DNA of 64,000 nucleotides from Macrostomum lignano (Eukaryota): NCBI GenBank assembly GCA_002269645.1, contig NIVC01000800.1, positions 1 to 64,000 of the forward strand, read 5' to 3'. Shown piece by piece: positions 21,743 to 35,076 of this stretch (position 1 is its first letter; each line of letters starts with the position of its first letter). The notes under the pieces were generated by a model. It saw only the letters and a program-made list of their open reading frames with translations, ran no database searches and was not told where the DNA came from. The position numbers and the translations under genes were made by a program.

Positions 21743-23384
21743 TGGGCAATCAATCTGCCTGGATGACTGGCTGAAATGTGTTCGGGTTTTGTGCATTCAA
21801 ATTTGATCTCGGTTTGTTTTACTGTTATCATATATTTTACTCAATTTACTGTTCAAACTCTTGGACATGTGATTGAAGGAATGCATCTGACATACCTTGT
21901 ACTGCAAACCCGCAATTTAATTCCATGCACAGACACCTTCATTTGCAGTTTGTTGTGATTATTCATGAAAGCCATGCCCCCCCCCCTATGTTAGGGTAAC
22001 CAAAGGCTTTCACTAAATTATTATAATTATTAAGACCAAGCCCAAAGAAGACAAAGTGCATATCTACATACATATTTATATACCAGCTATGGGATGAATA
22101 CTCAAATAAATGTATTATTTCATTAGCTAAACTAATACCCTTACCTAAAATAAGTCCAATAACTAATACCTAGCTTGCATAAAAATTTTTATATAAGTTT
22201 AAAATGTACTATTCTCTAGACAATATTTATTCCCAATAGACTATTATACTGTTATGTATTGAGACAGTATACACAAACCAGCTCATTATTATTGATCATT
22301 TTTCATATTGTCTGTTTGGTAAAGCCACTCTCTTGTCCCCTTCAAGTTTTACTTTTGTCTATGTCCTATCTCTCTGCAGGCATTCATATATTCTAGAGCA
22401 TTGCTCCCTTGTTTTGTTTCCCCAAAATATACTTGAACCTTAAGGCAAATCCACAAGAATAAAAGTGCATCAGCATTTCTGCTGCTTTAATTCTTTAGAA
22501 AGAATCTACATTCTCTTGATAACTTTGCATGAGCCACTTTATATACTAACCATCGCATTTAAATCATCTTAAATTTAAATATATAATATATGTAATTTTA
22601 ACAAAAATTATATTTCTATAAAGGCTAAAAGTATCTTAATATAACAAATCCTATATCACATTGTGTTTGACATCATCAATATTGCTAAATATATGAGTTA
22701 GCCAAGTTCTTAGTCTAAGATTCTATTCTTTAGCCAAAAAATCTTAAACAATCTGATTATTGAAGCTTTAAGATTTATAAGACCAAATAATAATCATGAT
22801 ATTATGCTTTAAGCCTAGTGTTTAGAGTGATAAGTCACGCGACTTTTTGTGCCTACCAAAAATTTTTGCACCTGAGTTTTCTTGAGGTTCATATGTAAGT
22901 ACAAGTATATTGCATCTACAATGAGATATAAAAAGCCACCTTATAACCTTATTGAATATTTTCCTCTCTATATGCTATAAAAACGAAAAAACAAGCACAA
23001 AAGAAAATCTGTTTACAGGGCTGCTTCTATGCCTAACTTCAAAAAATTTCTTTTTTTTTCTGGCAAAAAATTGACTAAACTTTTTGTGCCATTTAGATAC
23101 AATAATTTGTACCATTGTTACAATTTTTTTGTATTTGCATTTGGCAACATCAGATTTGCACCTTACTCCAAACACTGCTTAGGCCTTAAAGTTTGTGGCT
23201 AGATTTTCTATACTAGGCATTCCCTACTGATTATTTATTATTCCAAAGTATTGAGTAGGTCAATGGAATTTTTGTCATTGGAATCCCAGCTAGCTAGGAT
23301 ATTGCCATCACAATAACTAAGTACTTTAACTAAGACATTAAGTCATTGAGCCTATTGAGTCTATTAGATTTTAAAAATGCTATG

Positions 23385-24171
23385 GGCTCATTCCATATAA
23401 GCATGGTCGTAACATGACAGGTTATTTTTACTTATAAAATGAAATCTAATAATAGAATATACTAAACCAATATTTTAAATGAAAGATTATTTTGTCTAGA
23501 ATATATTTATAGAGTTTCATATAGATATCATCATTAGTATAGATGCTATTAAACCTTAAATGACACTTATGGTCGTAACGACAGGATTTTTGACATATAG
23601 AAACTAAAAGGTAAAAGTCTTATAACATTTTTCATTTTTGATATTTTGCAATACATTTTTAAAATTTGACTAAGAACATCTTTAGAAATCATACTCTTTT
23701 ATTAGAATATATAAACTCAAAAGGCAACAAAGATACAAAAGAAAAGGCAGCCTTATGGTCGTAACATTATGGTCGTAACATATTTTTTTCTGTCAATTCA
23801 GTAACTTTGAGGTACTAATACATTAAAAATATAATAGATTATTTGGTCACCAATGCTTTTATCTGATGATGCAACTACTATACTTTTATCTATAGTTTGT
23901 TTCAACATTCAAAAGCTTTCTATTTGTTTTTAAAAGGTACAAAATCTTAATGATGTCTTTTGCTTCGAAAAATGTCCAAATTTTTATAAAAATGACTTTT
24001 TGCCAATTGATAACATACTAATCCAACATTTTACCATTCCTTTATTCTTAGATTGTATATATTGCACAATATAAACATTTGGTAAAAAAATAGGCTAATT
24101 AGGCAATGGCAAGCAAAAATATTGACTTTTTTTCTATTTTCCAAATATGTCCATCTTATATGGAATGAGCC
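23385..24171. mobile_element. Non-autonomous TIR element (MITE-like), ~790 bp
   Basis: Perfect 17-bp TIR GGCTCATTCCATATAAG / CTTATATGGAATGAGCC, flanked on both sides by TATG (23381-23384, 24172-24175). Four internal ATGGTCGTAAC motifs; AT-rich and non-coding. Confidence 0.7.
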
Positions 24172-25959
24172 TATGGGTATAACTTAAATACTATGTTGAT
24201 CAACTCTTTTTTAATTTTTAAATATTATATAATTATCTTTGGACTTTGAACTTCAAAGTCCAAAACACAAAACAACTTTTGTGTTTGTCATATTTATGCT
24301 TCTAATAGCTAAAATTGATTAGTTTGTTAGTAAGTTAAAAACAAAGCCAAAGGTCTTTATAGTTTTGTCTATTAATGTTATATACCAATTGTTTTTTAGA
24401 CCCTAGTAAACAAGTTGTTTTTTGCACATTGCATAGCCTATTGAAAACCAAAATGTCTTAAAAATTAGAATTAGAATAAAAGAACAAACTGGCCCAATTT
24501 TGCTTGATATAATATTGATGATTTGCTTAACTATTAATAAATACAATGTTTATAAAATGAAAAAAATAAACAATAAGCCTATTAAGCTATATAAGCCTAG
24601 ATTTAACAAGCCTTAAATTTCAAAATCTTGCATATAAACCAGGATTGCAATTTTTTAATTTGTTGCATTGAATTATTTTTGTTTTTTTTACAAAAAATGT
24701 GGTCTTATAAGTTACAATTTTAGGATTCTTGTATGACTATATTTTATTCTTATTAGGGCCTATTATTCTCCTTTATTTTCACTTCTACATCCCACCTCAC
24801 TTTACTTTAGTTTAATAATGCATTTATAAATTCTCTGACTCTATTGAGGGAGGGCATTGTATTACAAAAGTGAATATAAAGATTATGCTCTAGTAAGCTA
24901 GAATTGTAACATTTTTGCAATCATTGCTATATCAATTTTATTTTTTGACTATTCTCTATTGGGTAGGCTCCTATCATATTACAAAATTGATGCAAAATGT
25001 TAGATAGGCCTACTATATTATAAAATAAAAAATGCCAAAACTGATTAATATATGGGCCTATTTATAATATATAGACATTTAGACTTGGTAAATTTAAGCC
25101 TTGATTATGACTATTTATAAGTATAACTATAACTAGGCCTACTTAAAATTTTGTTTTTTTCATATAAAAAAATTATGGGGGCCTAGGCCCTAATCAAACT
25201 TGATGGGGGCACCCTGAGTACCCCCTTTAAATATCCACTACTGTCTTTATTTAGCTCTTTAATTAGGCTCTATTCCTTGAAATTGAACTTACACTTCTTT
25301 ACAGTTATTGTAGTCTTACTATAAAATCAATTTAAATTAAGCCTAGTTAGGCCTAGTAGTGTTGTAATTCAATGTAACTTTAATTGATAGGCAAGCAACA
25401 GCCCATTTTTTGGCAATTGTTCATAGTAAGGACTCAGGATTCAGAAAGAGGAAGGTCACAATAGGTCACAAAGGATATTTGAATCCTGAATCTATAGAAT
25501 TCCTGAATAGAATCTAGAATGAATAAAATAGAATAGAATAGGGCCTAGAACAAATAGAATAGAATCATGAATAGAATCATGAATAGAATTTTAAATCAAT
25601 AATACCATGCAAACACTATGTGGTGGTAATATCATGACATTGAATTGTAGTTGGGTATGCCCAAAGGAGATTTTGTAGACTATAGCTTCTATTAAATCGA
25701 CTTTGTTTGCTTCACCATTGGGCATAGACTCCATCAATTAAGCACTTGTTTCCAAGAAATTATTATAGCCTTAAACCAATTTAACACCGGAAAGTTTCAA
25801 ATTTAAGTTAGATTAGTTAGATTTGGTCGGATGCACAGTTACACATTTTGCATAAGCTTTGATATTTTTGATAAAAACTTTGGTAAAAACATTTTTGGTA
25901 AGTCGAGGAGCTGCAAATTTTTTCAGTTAAATTTAGGCTGCAGAACGGCGATACATTAC

Positions 25960-26100
25960 TGTGCCGATCCCTGAAGGCTGGGCAAAGCATGCAGGCCCAA
26001 TGGGTCCCGCGTCAGTTTTCTAGCTGTTCCTCCCAGGTCTCGGCGTTGTAAATCAGGATGTTTTCCGACTACCACCTAGAATAACGCCGTTCTCTGGTGG
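25960..26100 (-). pseudogene. Degenerate RTE-type non-LTR retrotransposon fragment
   Basis: The minus strand reads, with a stop and an indel, R-T-A-L-F-*-V-V-V...I-L-I-Y-N-A-E-T-W. This resembles the RLF..V.S.LLY..ETW motif C-terminal to RTE-clade RT. Confidence 0.4.
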
Positions 26101-26869
26101 TCAGGTAGTCAGGTAGGGTCTCAGACTTCAGGCTGCCCTCTCGCATCCAAGGCAAAGCCTGTGGCAATGCAGCAGATCAAACTGATCGTATAACCGTTGG
26201 AAACCAGCTGCAATAATTAATTATGAAGCACCCAGGCCATCAAGCAACACAACAAGCATGCAGGAACGGTGCTATTGAGCATGGTATCTTATTAGTCTTG
26301 ATTAAGAAGCCCAAGAATTGATGCATGGAAAAATTCCGATACATGCTATTCGGTGCAGTTGGCACAGCACTTTTCTTATCATTGTTACATCGCCATTATG
26401 CTTTAGCAAGTTGCACACCCGAAGGAGAATTGATGTCCAGCAATTCTATACACGCGGTAATATAGAACTAATTTTGACCCTAACGCTGCTTGCTGCATGG
26501 CACCCTTGGTGCTGGAACCCGATGCTCATGGCAACCCTTGGTGCCGGCGCCCTTGACTATCTGCTTCTGAGAGAGGTGTGCAGCTCCTGCGTTAGTGTAA
26601 ACATCGGCCAGTTTGTTTCAGCACTCGTTGTTGTAATGTTTCGGTGTTGTTTCGTCGTGCATACAATGTACATGTACGTGCCATGCTGAGTAGGTCATGA
26701 CTCTGCATGTATCACGACAGGAGCGCTGCCGTGCTGACACCCGGCCTGACGCCAGACGGTCTGTCGGATTTCTTTGAGACGTCCATTAGGGTGGCTTCAG
26801 CCGGGAGATACCACCATTCGTGTTCCTCCTGGTGCTTGAATTGGTGCTGCAGACCGCGCTCTCCCCTTC

Positions 26870-28370
26870 CCCTTCCGGCCCTTCCCCTCGGCTTAGCTCT
26901 CCCTTCCTCCATCTCTTCCTTCCCCCAGCTCTCTTTTCCTCCCAGCTCACCCCAAGCTTTCCCTTCCTTCCAGCTCTCCCCTAGATCTCCCTTCTCCCAA
27001 TTTTTCCCTTCACCTAAGCTCTCCCTCCCCCCTGCAGCTCTCCCTTCCCCCAGCTCTCCCTTCCTCCCAGCTCTCCATTCCCCCAGCTCTCCATTCCCCC
27101 AACTCTCCCTTCCTCCAGCTCTCCCTTCCCCCAGCTCTCCATTCCCCCAGCTCTCCCTTCCTCCAGCTCTCCCTTCCCCCAGCTCTCCATTCCCCCAGCT
27201 CTCCCTTCCTCCCAGCTCTCCATTCCCCCAGCTCTCCCTTCCTCCCAGCTCTCCATTCCCCCAGCTCTCCATTCCCCCAGCTCTCCCTTCTCTCCAGCTC
27301 TCCCTTCCCCCAGCTCTCCCTTCCTCCCAGCTCTCCCTTCCCCCAGCTCTCCATTCCCCCAGCTCTCCCTTCCCCCAGCTCTCCATTCCCCCAGCTCTCC
27401 TTCCTCCAGCTCTCCCTTCCCCCAACTCTCCATTCCCCCAGCTCTCCCTTCCTCCCAGCTCTCCATTCCCCCAGCTCTCCCTTCCTCCCAGCTCTCCCTT
27501 CCCCCAGCTCTCCCTTCCTCCATCTCTCCCTTCCCCCAGCTCTTCCTTCACCCAGCTCTCCCTTCCTCCCAGCTCTCCATTCCCCCAGCTCTCCCTTCCC
27601 CCAGCTCTCCCTTCCCCCAGCTCTCCCTTCCTCCATCTCTCCCTTCCTCCATCTCTCCCTTCCCCCAGCTCTTCCTTCCCCCAGATCTTCATTTCCCCAG
27701 CTCTCCCTTCCCCCAGCTCTCCCTTCCCCCAGATCTCCCTTTCCCCCAGCTTTTCCTTCCCGCAGCTCTCCTTTCCCCCAGCTCTCCATTCCCCCAGCTC
27801 TCCATTCCCCCAGCTCTCCATTCCCCCAGCTCTCTATTCCCCCAGCTCTCCCTTCCTCCCAGCTCTCCCTTCCTCCATCTCTCCCTTGCCCCAGCTCTTC
27901 CTTCCCCCAGCTCTCCCTTCCTCCCAGCTCTCCATTCCCCCAGCTCTCCCTTCCCCCATCTCTCCCTTCCCCCATCTCTCCTTGCCCCCAGCTCTCCATT
28001 CCCCCAGCTCTCCCTTCCCCCAGATCTCCCTTTCCCCCAGCTTTTCCTTCCCGCAGCTCTCCCTTCCTCCCAGCTCTCCACTCCCCCAGCTCTCCATTCC
28101 CCCAGCTCTCTATTCCCCCAGCTCTCCCTTCCTCCTAGCTCTCCCTTCCTCCATCTCTCCCTTCCCCCAGCTCTCCCTTCCTCCATCTCTCCCTTCCCCC
28201 AGCTCTTCCTTCCCCCAGATCTTCATTTCCCCAGCTCTCCCTTCCCCCAGCTCTCCCTTCCCCTAGCTCACCCCAAGCCTTCCCTTCCTTCCAGCTCTCC
28301 CCTAGATCTCCCTTCTCCCAATTGTTCCCTTCACCTAAGCTCTCCCTCCCCCTGCAGCTCTCCCTTCCTC
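26870..28370. repeat. Pyrimidine-rich CCCCAGCTCTCCCTTC satellite
   Basis: ~1.5 kb, with a ~105-bp direct repeat at both ends (26944, 28265). Confidence 0.93.
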
Positions 28371-29084
28371 AAATGATTTTTTCGCTGTTCTCACTGTCAG
28401 ATAAGTTATCACCTAATCTGTCAAGACACTTCAAAGTAATGCAACCCGCATATCTTTGCTTGACAAGATAACCGCCCACAGGAGAGCTCTCACGTACTCA
28501 TAGATCAACGTACATATCTAACATATATTTGTTGGGTCCAAGGGTCGATTTGAGTCGCACAAGATCGAGGCACTTATCGACGGAATCTCCAATCAATTTG
28601 AAGTTAAGGGATATAAAATTAGGGACAACACCGCGTGCCCTTATCTACCTGTCGATTTGATGTGCGAATTTGTCATCCGGTTGCTGCCAGAAGATTTCTA
28701 TAAATACAGCAACTGCATCACGCAAACTATGAACTAAACTAAACAAGCTAAAATACTAAAATATTTTGAAGAAATATACGGCAGCAACGAATAATCAAGA
28801 AGGTAAACAGCTGGTGTGTGTTCATTGCTTATTTGCGTGTTTTTTTTCGTGTCTTTTTGTCTCTGTTTTTCTCTCTGTCCCTCATCTCGGCATATCCAGC
28901 TCTTATTCTCTTTCTGACTCTCTTTTTATATATATATATCCAACTCTCTCCTTCACTGTCTACCAACCTTTATCTCAGTAGAACATAATCTCCCTCTATA
29001 TATTTAAATGAATATTTGTCTTTCTCGCCCATTCAATATTACTCTTTTTATCAATCTGGCTCGCATTCGTTCTTCCCCCTATCT

Positions 29085-29085
29085 T

Positions 29086-29143
<58 letters not shown>
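29085..29143. repeat. (CT)n microsatellite
   Basis: Direct inspection; another compound (CT)n lies at 31330-31513. Confidence 0.95.
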
Positions 29144-29148
<5 letters not shown>

Positions 29149-29205
29149 CCGTCTGTATGTCTGATTTTGCGACTGATGCCAAGCCTGATCCCCAATCCTT
29201 CCAGA

Positions 29206-29505
29206 ATGAAGTGCGTCTTCCTGATTCTCCTGGGACTGGCGGCCTTCATGGTGCAGCCGTCGGAGCAGAAGGTCAACTGGGGCATCTCGGTGGACCTCAC
29301 GAAGATCATCAACTACGGCCTGAACAAGCTGGACACGATGTTCTCCTGCGCCAAGTACGACGGCGTCAGGGGCGCCGGCTGCTGGCACAACAACTGGGAG
29401 AAGCGGGACCTCATGTGCAAGAGGCTGAGCGCGTGCTGGTCCAGGCGGTGGTCCTACAGCCACAGCCTGCTGGGCGGCCGCTGCTACTGCTGCCACTGCC
29501 CTTGA
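29206..29505 (+). CDS. 99-aa secreted, cationic, Trp/Cys-rich peptide of unknown family
   Basis: GC-rich single coding exon preceded by a 3' splice site (ccttccag, ends 29204). Signal peptide MKCVFLILLGLAAFMVQPSEQ. Mature part has 8 Cys (C-x10-C-x11-C-x5-C-x15-C-x-C-C-x-C), 5 Trp and net charge about +7. ATTAAA follows at ~29552. Confidence 0.8.
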   Translation: MKCVFLILLGLAAFMVQPSEQKVNWGISVDLTKIINYGLNKLDTMFSCAKYDGVRGAGCWHNNWEKRDLMCKRLSACWSRRWSYSHSLLGGRCYCCHCP

Positions 29506-30269
29506 ACTGGCTGTCACTAACTGCCATTTGTGGCTGTCGTAATGACAGGCAATTAAAAAGCAAATATACTTAAGGTCTTGTTTGGTCAGCCTGCAAACCT
29601 TCGGCATTGTAAAAGCAGCGGCTAACGGCCTTGAGTCTCATTTTGCATTTTAATGAGTAATGAATCCACGGGTGATGAATCCATTGGAGACAGTGAATCG
29701 TTAGCTGAGTTAGTGATTAAAATCCATGAGTGAGGGATTCCTTAAGGAGCTGAAAGTCTGCTAAAATATACATGTGAAAGGTGTCTCGGTCACTTACATA
29801 CTTTAGGGTAATTCTTCATCGTGCTGAATCCTAGGGTGATTGTGAATTTACGTGTGGTTAATGTCTCTCCATGATGCTTAGCATGCCAATTATAGGGAAT
29901 TAGGGCAATATAAAAATGGTTCTAGGTTAAATGCTTGTGAAGCTTAGTAATTTAAAGTGAAGAACCAATTTTGCAGAAATGTGATAAGCTACTCATTCTC
30001 GAATCTGTAAATCTTTGTCTTTTTTACTTTCTCTCTTCCCTCTCTCTCTCCTCTGTTCTCTTTCAATATTCGAAATCACAGCACTTCGCTTAATGCTTTG
30101 GGGTTCGAGAATTCTTCCTGTTCTAACTGCCCTGTGGTGTCAACTGGCTGACAAAGAATTGCAAGTCTTACAGACTGATAGAGTTATAACACGCTTGGCA
30201 ACTCTTAACTTCTTAGCCCCTAATCCGAGCGGGGCCTGTGCATTTAACAGAACCCGTTTCTCGTACCAC

Positions 30270-31053
30270 AGACTGAAAATTTTCTGTCTATGGTCGACAC
30301 TCGCTGGCTCAGCGGAGTTCAATTTAATCCTGGGGCATCAATTTGATCATTCTACTCATATAACGTTAGATATCCAGTGCTATAACACAAGTCGTTTACT
30401 TATCATTGAGAAAATCTAAAACAGAACAATACAATAAACAAATAAAAGCTTTAGCGTCGGATGTCGTCGAGTCAGGCTGGAATAAACCTCAGCATCTGCC
30501 GGTACCAGCCTCCGCATTTTGCAACGGTCACTTCACGGGTTGCGTCCTCTGCAACCCTCTGTAGGACAAGGATTCGCCACTCTCGTAGCGAATGACCATC
30601 AGGCGGATTGTCCAGCTCTTCTTGCAGTTGTGGTTGAGCCAGCTGGCGTTTGGTACCTTCAGGCAGGCGTGCGCGTTCTCCACAGGATTGAGGAATGGCG
30701 AGTAGCTATGGAGGCAATGTCACCAGGCGCCAAGCGGGCTGAAATTGATCTGGGATTGTCACTCCATGATGAAAACGGGCGTCATCCATGATCACACAGA
30801 CTCCTCGCCATCAGGTGCATCACCACACCACGACTCGTCACGCTTTGCACCAGATCATTGATGAACGTTTGGTACCTGACTGCCATCATAGTCTCTCCGA
30901 AGATCATATGATGTAAAAACAAGTTGAAAACAGGTTTCGCTAACAGTAAAAATGTGCATTGAATGCAGAGAATGATCAAATTGATGCCCCCAGGATTAAA
31001 TTGAACTCTGCTATGCCAACGAGTGTCGACCATAGACAGAAAACTTTCAGTCT
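30270..31053 (-). mobile_element. Internally deleted IS630-Tc1-mariner element
   Basis: 84/85-bp imperfect inverted repeats at 30270-30353 and 30969-31053. Between them a frameshifted C-terminal transposase half: GETMMAVRYQTFINDL, VIMDDARFH, LPP/YSPFLNPVE (D~33E), WYRQMLRFIPA. Confidence 0.75.
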
Positions 31054-31337
31054 CGCAAGCCTGATTTCCGTATCTATGATTAAATTGAAAGCTTGCAGTA
31101 CCAACTAGGCCGCAAAAAGGAATACTGTAGGGTGGGGAGGCCGGGGATGAGACAGCTTAGTCATGCTGTCTGTGCTTGGGAAAGGGAGCATGGTTGCACT
31201 GGGTCAGGGACTTCTCTATATAGCATCCCTATAGAGAAGTCCCTTACTGGGTACGCAGCAGACAGGGTATCAAGCCTAGACAGGTTCTAACGTGTTACCC
31301 CTCGCTCACAGTCACAACACTTCCCTCTCTCCCCTTT

Positions 31338-31407
<70 letters not shown>

Positions 31408-31417
31408 TCTCCCCTTT

Positions 31418-31475
<58 letters not shown>

Positions 31476-31519
31476 CCTCTCTCTCTCTTTCTTTCTCTCT
31501 CTCTCTCTCTCTATCGGCC

Positions 31520-32600
31520 TCTGAGCGCGCCGATCAACCGTTTCACGGCCCAGAGGGTCCGCGCCGTCTTCCAGTTGCTTTTGAACCGCAAGATCATCGA
31601 CAAGCGCCAGTTTAAAACCTTCAGTCCGAAGGAGTTTTGCGTCCTGCCGAAAATACAAAAAGGCCGTCAAAACGTAGCCGCTCAACGGCATTCTTCAGAC
31701 CGGCCCATCGTGTCGAATGGGGACAGCGAGTCCTTAAGTCAGCGGCCGCTTTACCGACAGCTTCCTGCAGCCGTTCGTCATCAAACTGCCGAGCTTCATC
31801 GAGGACATCGACATTTCCAGGCTGCCATTAAGGAGGTACGGATGTCTCCTGCCCGGCATCAGAGAAGATTTTCCTATCCACCATGGATGTCGCCAGCCTG
31901 AATCTGGAGGGCATGAACGACTTTAAGTTTGATGGCCAGTTCTTCCTACAGGTCAAGCCATGGGCAAGTCGTTTGCGTCCAGGTACAGTAACATTTACCT
32001 GAGCTACTGGGAGTGGAGAGGTTTGGAGGCCAGCACGACGAAATCCGCCTTCTGGTTCCGGGTACATCAAAGATATCGTGGCGGGATACTGAGAACGAGC
32101 TCACCCGCTTCCAGCAACTGCTTGACGGCCTGGACCCCAACATCAAGCTGCAGCTGACCTACAACAACACTGAGGCCATTTTTGGATACAACCGTTTCTA
32201 GGACCGGGTAGGAAACACTAAGAGGCTCGGCACTAGGGTGTTCTTCAAGCCCACTGACAGCCAAGCGCTCATCCACCGCGGCTATCGTTCCACCCTAAGC
32301 GGACTTTCAAAGGAGTTGTAAGTCCCAACTCGTCAGGTACGTCCCGGCCGCTGCTCCAGAATTTCTTACTTCGACGTTGCCTCCTCCGAACTGCCGTCTA
32401 ATCTAGTACAGCATCAGGGCTATATACAGCAGGCGCTTTTATTGCGCGGCATCAAGTACGAGGTGCTGACGGAGCTGTGCTTTTTACCCGACCAAGCGGC
32501 CGGTGGGCACCCGGAGAAACTCAGGCGTTGAACGGCGTTGCTGAACTCTAGGATCGATATATAGCGGGACATTTTGCTCGGATTCAGTGTCGCTAAACGG
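31520..32600 (+). pseudogene. Degenerate Penelope-like retroelement reverse transcriptase
   Basis: Frameshifted motifs in the correct order: FCVLPKIQK, RPIVS..SES, LPSFIED, LSTMDVASL, FKFDGQFFLQV, AMGKSFASRYSNIYLSYWE, degraded YIDD region, LDPNIKL, FFKPTDSQALIH, HPKRTFKGVV.SQLVRY. Confidence 0.8.
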
Positions 32601-33393
32601 CACAAACGTTATATATGCTATCAAAATTCGAGACTCTTAATTAGCGGTCTGGCCTTAATCACGAAGTTAATCTAACAACAACGCTCAGCCGCTTGACTAC
32701 GCAGCGCTATAACTAAATGTACACGTATAATAGAATATAAAGTATATAAATTATGAAGACTTTAATTACATAAACTTTCGCCTCCAACCAGCTCATTAAC
32801 GGGATCGACTGATCAGCTCTCGACTGCGGAGCTCAGTTTAAAGCGAACACTAATCTTACAGAGACGTCGATCATGTTAATCGGTGAGCTCGAGTTCGATC
32901 TGAGGTTAATAATTAGGTGTCATATTTATGAAAACCACCCTACCTCAGAGCAGGAAATTCCCCACATACATGTATGCATTGTTTTGCGATGTAGGGCTCC
33001 AAAAAATCTACTCTACAAATGCAGCCAATGCATGTAAAACTCAAGGACTACTCAAGTAGAAGAACGAGAAACTTCGTTTCTTGGAAAATTTTAGTAGGAG
33101 TCAGTTTTCTCCGAAAAAATACACCAAGCTAGGAAGAGATAGAAAGTTTTCATTTTTCAGCACAAAAATTGTTATTGCTTTTGATAGGATGGTAATTTAT
33201 TATTCTGCATACAGTTGTACATGTCCAGCTGTGTGACGTGTGTCTAAAAACCATAAATGGCACGGCTCGGCTCAGATATATATAGATCGATCTGCATCTA
33301 ATTGCCGACTGTGTAGCAATTTGTGTAACAGAGAGATGATAACATTTTAGAATGATTGACTGTCGACCAAGAGCGCCTAAGCATCCGCATGTA

Positions 33394-35076
33394 ACTAACT
33401 ACTGAATTCACGCCTCAGATTTCACGCCCAAAAATGATGAAACTGAAACAGTGAAAATAAATTAATAAACGATTGCGCAAGTTATATCACCTTTGCGCAC
33501 ACAATCACAGGCCTAAACGTGCTAAAATAAGGGAGAAAAAAAAGTTTTTGTGTTCTTATAATGGAGTGAAAAAGGAGTGATCAAATTTTAATCGCAGCAG
33601 AGATTGCGCATGTATTGAGCTTCTGTAATTTCTATTCACTAATCATTGCGCAACCATGCGTACTAATCCGATTTGATTTATATGTTCTACAAAGTTTGTA
33701 AATATCAATGGAATATTTATAACTTTAACAAAAATAGCACCCATTTAAATTCCGTGCGCAAGACCACTGCAAGGCTCGCCGAGCAGTTGAGGTTGATCAC
33801 TAACTACTGTATATATGGTATGGTATTGGATTCTTCGAACCTGTGTTGCATCATGTGATTAAACACATATTGTCTATTGCATACTTGAGCAATTAAGTGA
33901 GCGTAAATATCACTAAAATTGAAATAATAAATAGTTAGTATGTAGATAGTGATAGCTAATTAGTTAGTAATTAAATAGTAAGTAAATAATGATTGTACTC
34001 TTAGCAATATGATTTACTTTACTTGTGGTTATTCACTTATTCTTAGTACATTATTGCTGAAATGGATCTGCAATGTCACTTTTAGCACAAGAAAGTATGT
34101 ATGTTAGTACAACATGTTGTAAAAGCTTTTCATTATCTATAGACCTACTTATATTAATATTAAGACTCTTCCAATCTTGCCTAGTCTAGCATAACTTGTA
34201 AACTCTCCAAGCACTCATTCGTTGATTTAAATACTACTAAAGCAAAGCATTGCCTATTAAATTACAGTAAATATGAATTCACGATTACATTAAAATAAAT
34301 CAAGAATTCAAGAATTTATAATCAATAATTATAAATATCAATGTTAGACATATATTCTAATGCAGTTTAATATATAGATTAGGGGCCTAGCTATTCTTTG
34401 GCTCCTATCTATATTCATTTGAGTTTAACATGTTATATATGGAGACATCTGCTTTGATAAACAGTGCTCTTGCTTATATAAAGTAATACAGAAAAGCAAT
34501 AGTAGCTAACTTATGCTTATGTTAGCCAATGCCCCCAAATATCCAAATTTTAAACTTCTTTAATATATATAGATTCAATTATGTTTTCAGTGTTTTCATT
34601 GCTAGGCCTAGCCTCTGTCAGGGACCTAAAAGCACAATTGGCATATACTATTTACCACTAAATATTGATTGATTTTATTTTAAACAGTCAGTGCGCTTAG
34701 CATTTAGTTTAGAAAAAGTCAATTTAGCTACTGGCACAATATACATGTTCAATTGTGTTTTCTGTGTTTTCATTGCTAGCCTTTATCAGGGACCTAAAAG
34801 CACAATTGACATATACTATTTACTACTAAATATTGATTGATTGATTTTATTTTAAACAGTCAGTGGGCTTAGCATTTAGTTCATAAAAAGTCAATTTAGC
34901 TACTGGCATAATATACATGTTCAATTGTGTTTTCTGTGTTTTTATTGCTAGCCTTTATCAGGGACCTAAAAGCACAATTGGCATATACTATTTACTACTA
35001 AATATTGATTGATTGATTTTATTTTAAACAGTCAGTGGGCTTAGCATTTAGTTTAGAAAAAGTCAATTTAGCTACT
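33394..35076 (+). repeat. Left TIR: ~1.2 kb unique outer part plus ~3 copies of a 168-172 bp unit
   Basis: Starts ACTAACTACTGAATTCACGCC. Reverse complement of the right end. Unit marker GGGACCTAAAAGCACAATTG at 34621, 34789, 34961. Confidence 0.92.

Noticed and set aside
29206-29505. Calling the peptide a macin or big defensin
   Set aside because: Cys spacing does not match either family as recalled; left unassigned.
30270-31053. Inverted pseudo-LTR or hammerhead ribozyme of the adjacent Penelope element
   Set aside because: No CUGAUGA/GAAA core was found, and the inverted repeats enclose a Tc1/mariner transposase remnant instead.
33673-33858. 61-aa ORF duplicated at 48839-49024
   Set aside because: Non-ATG start, AT-rich, no motif; it simply marks the TIR identity.
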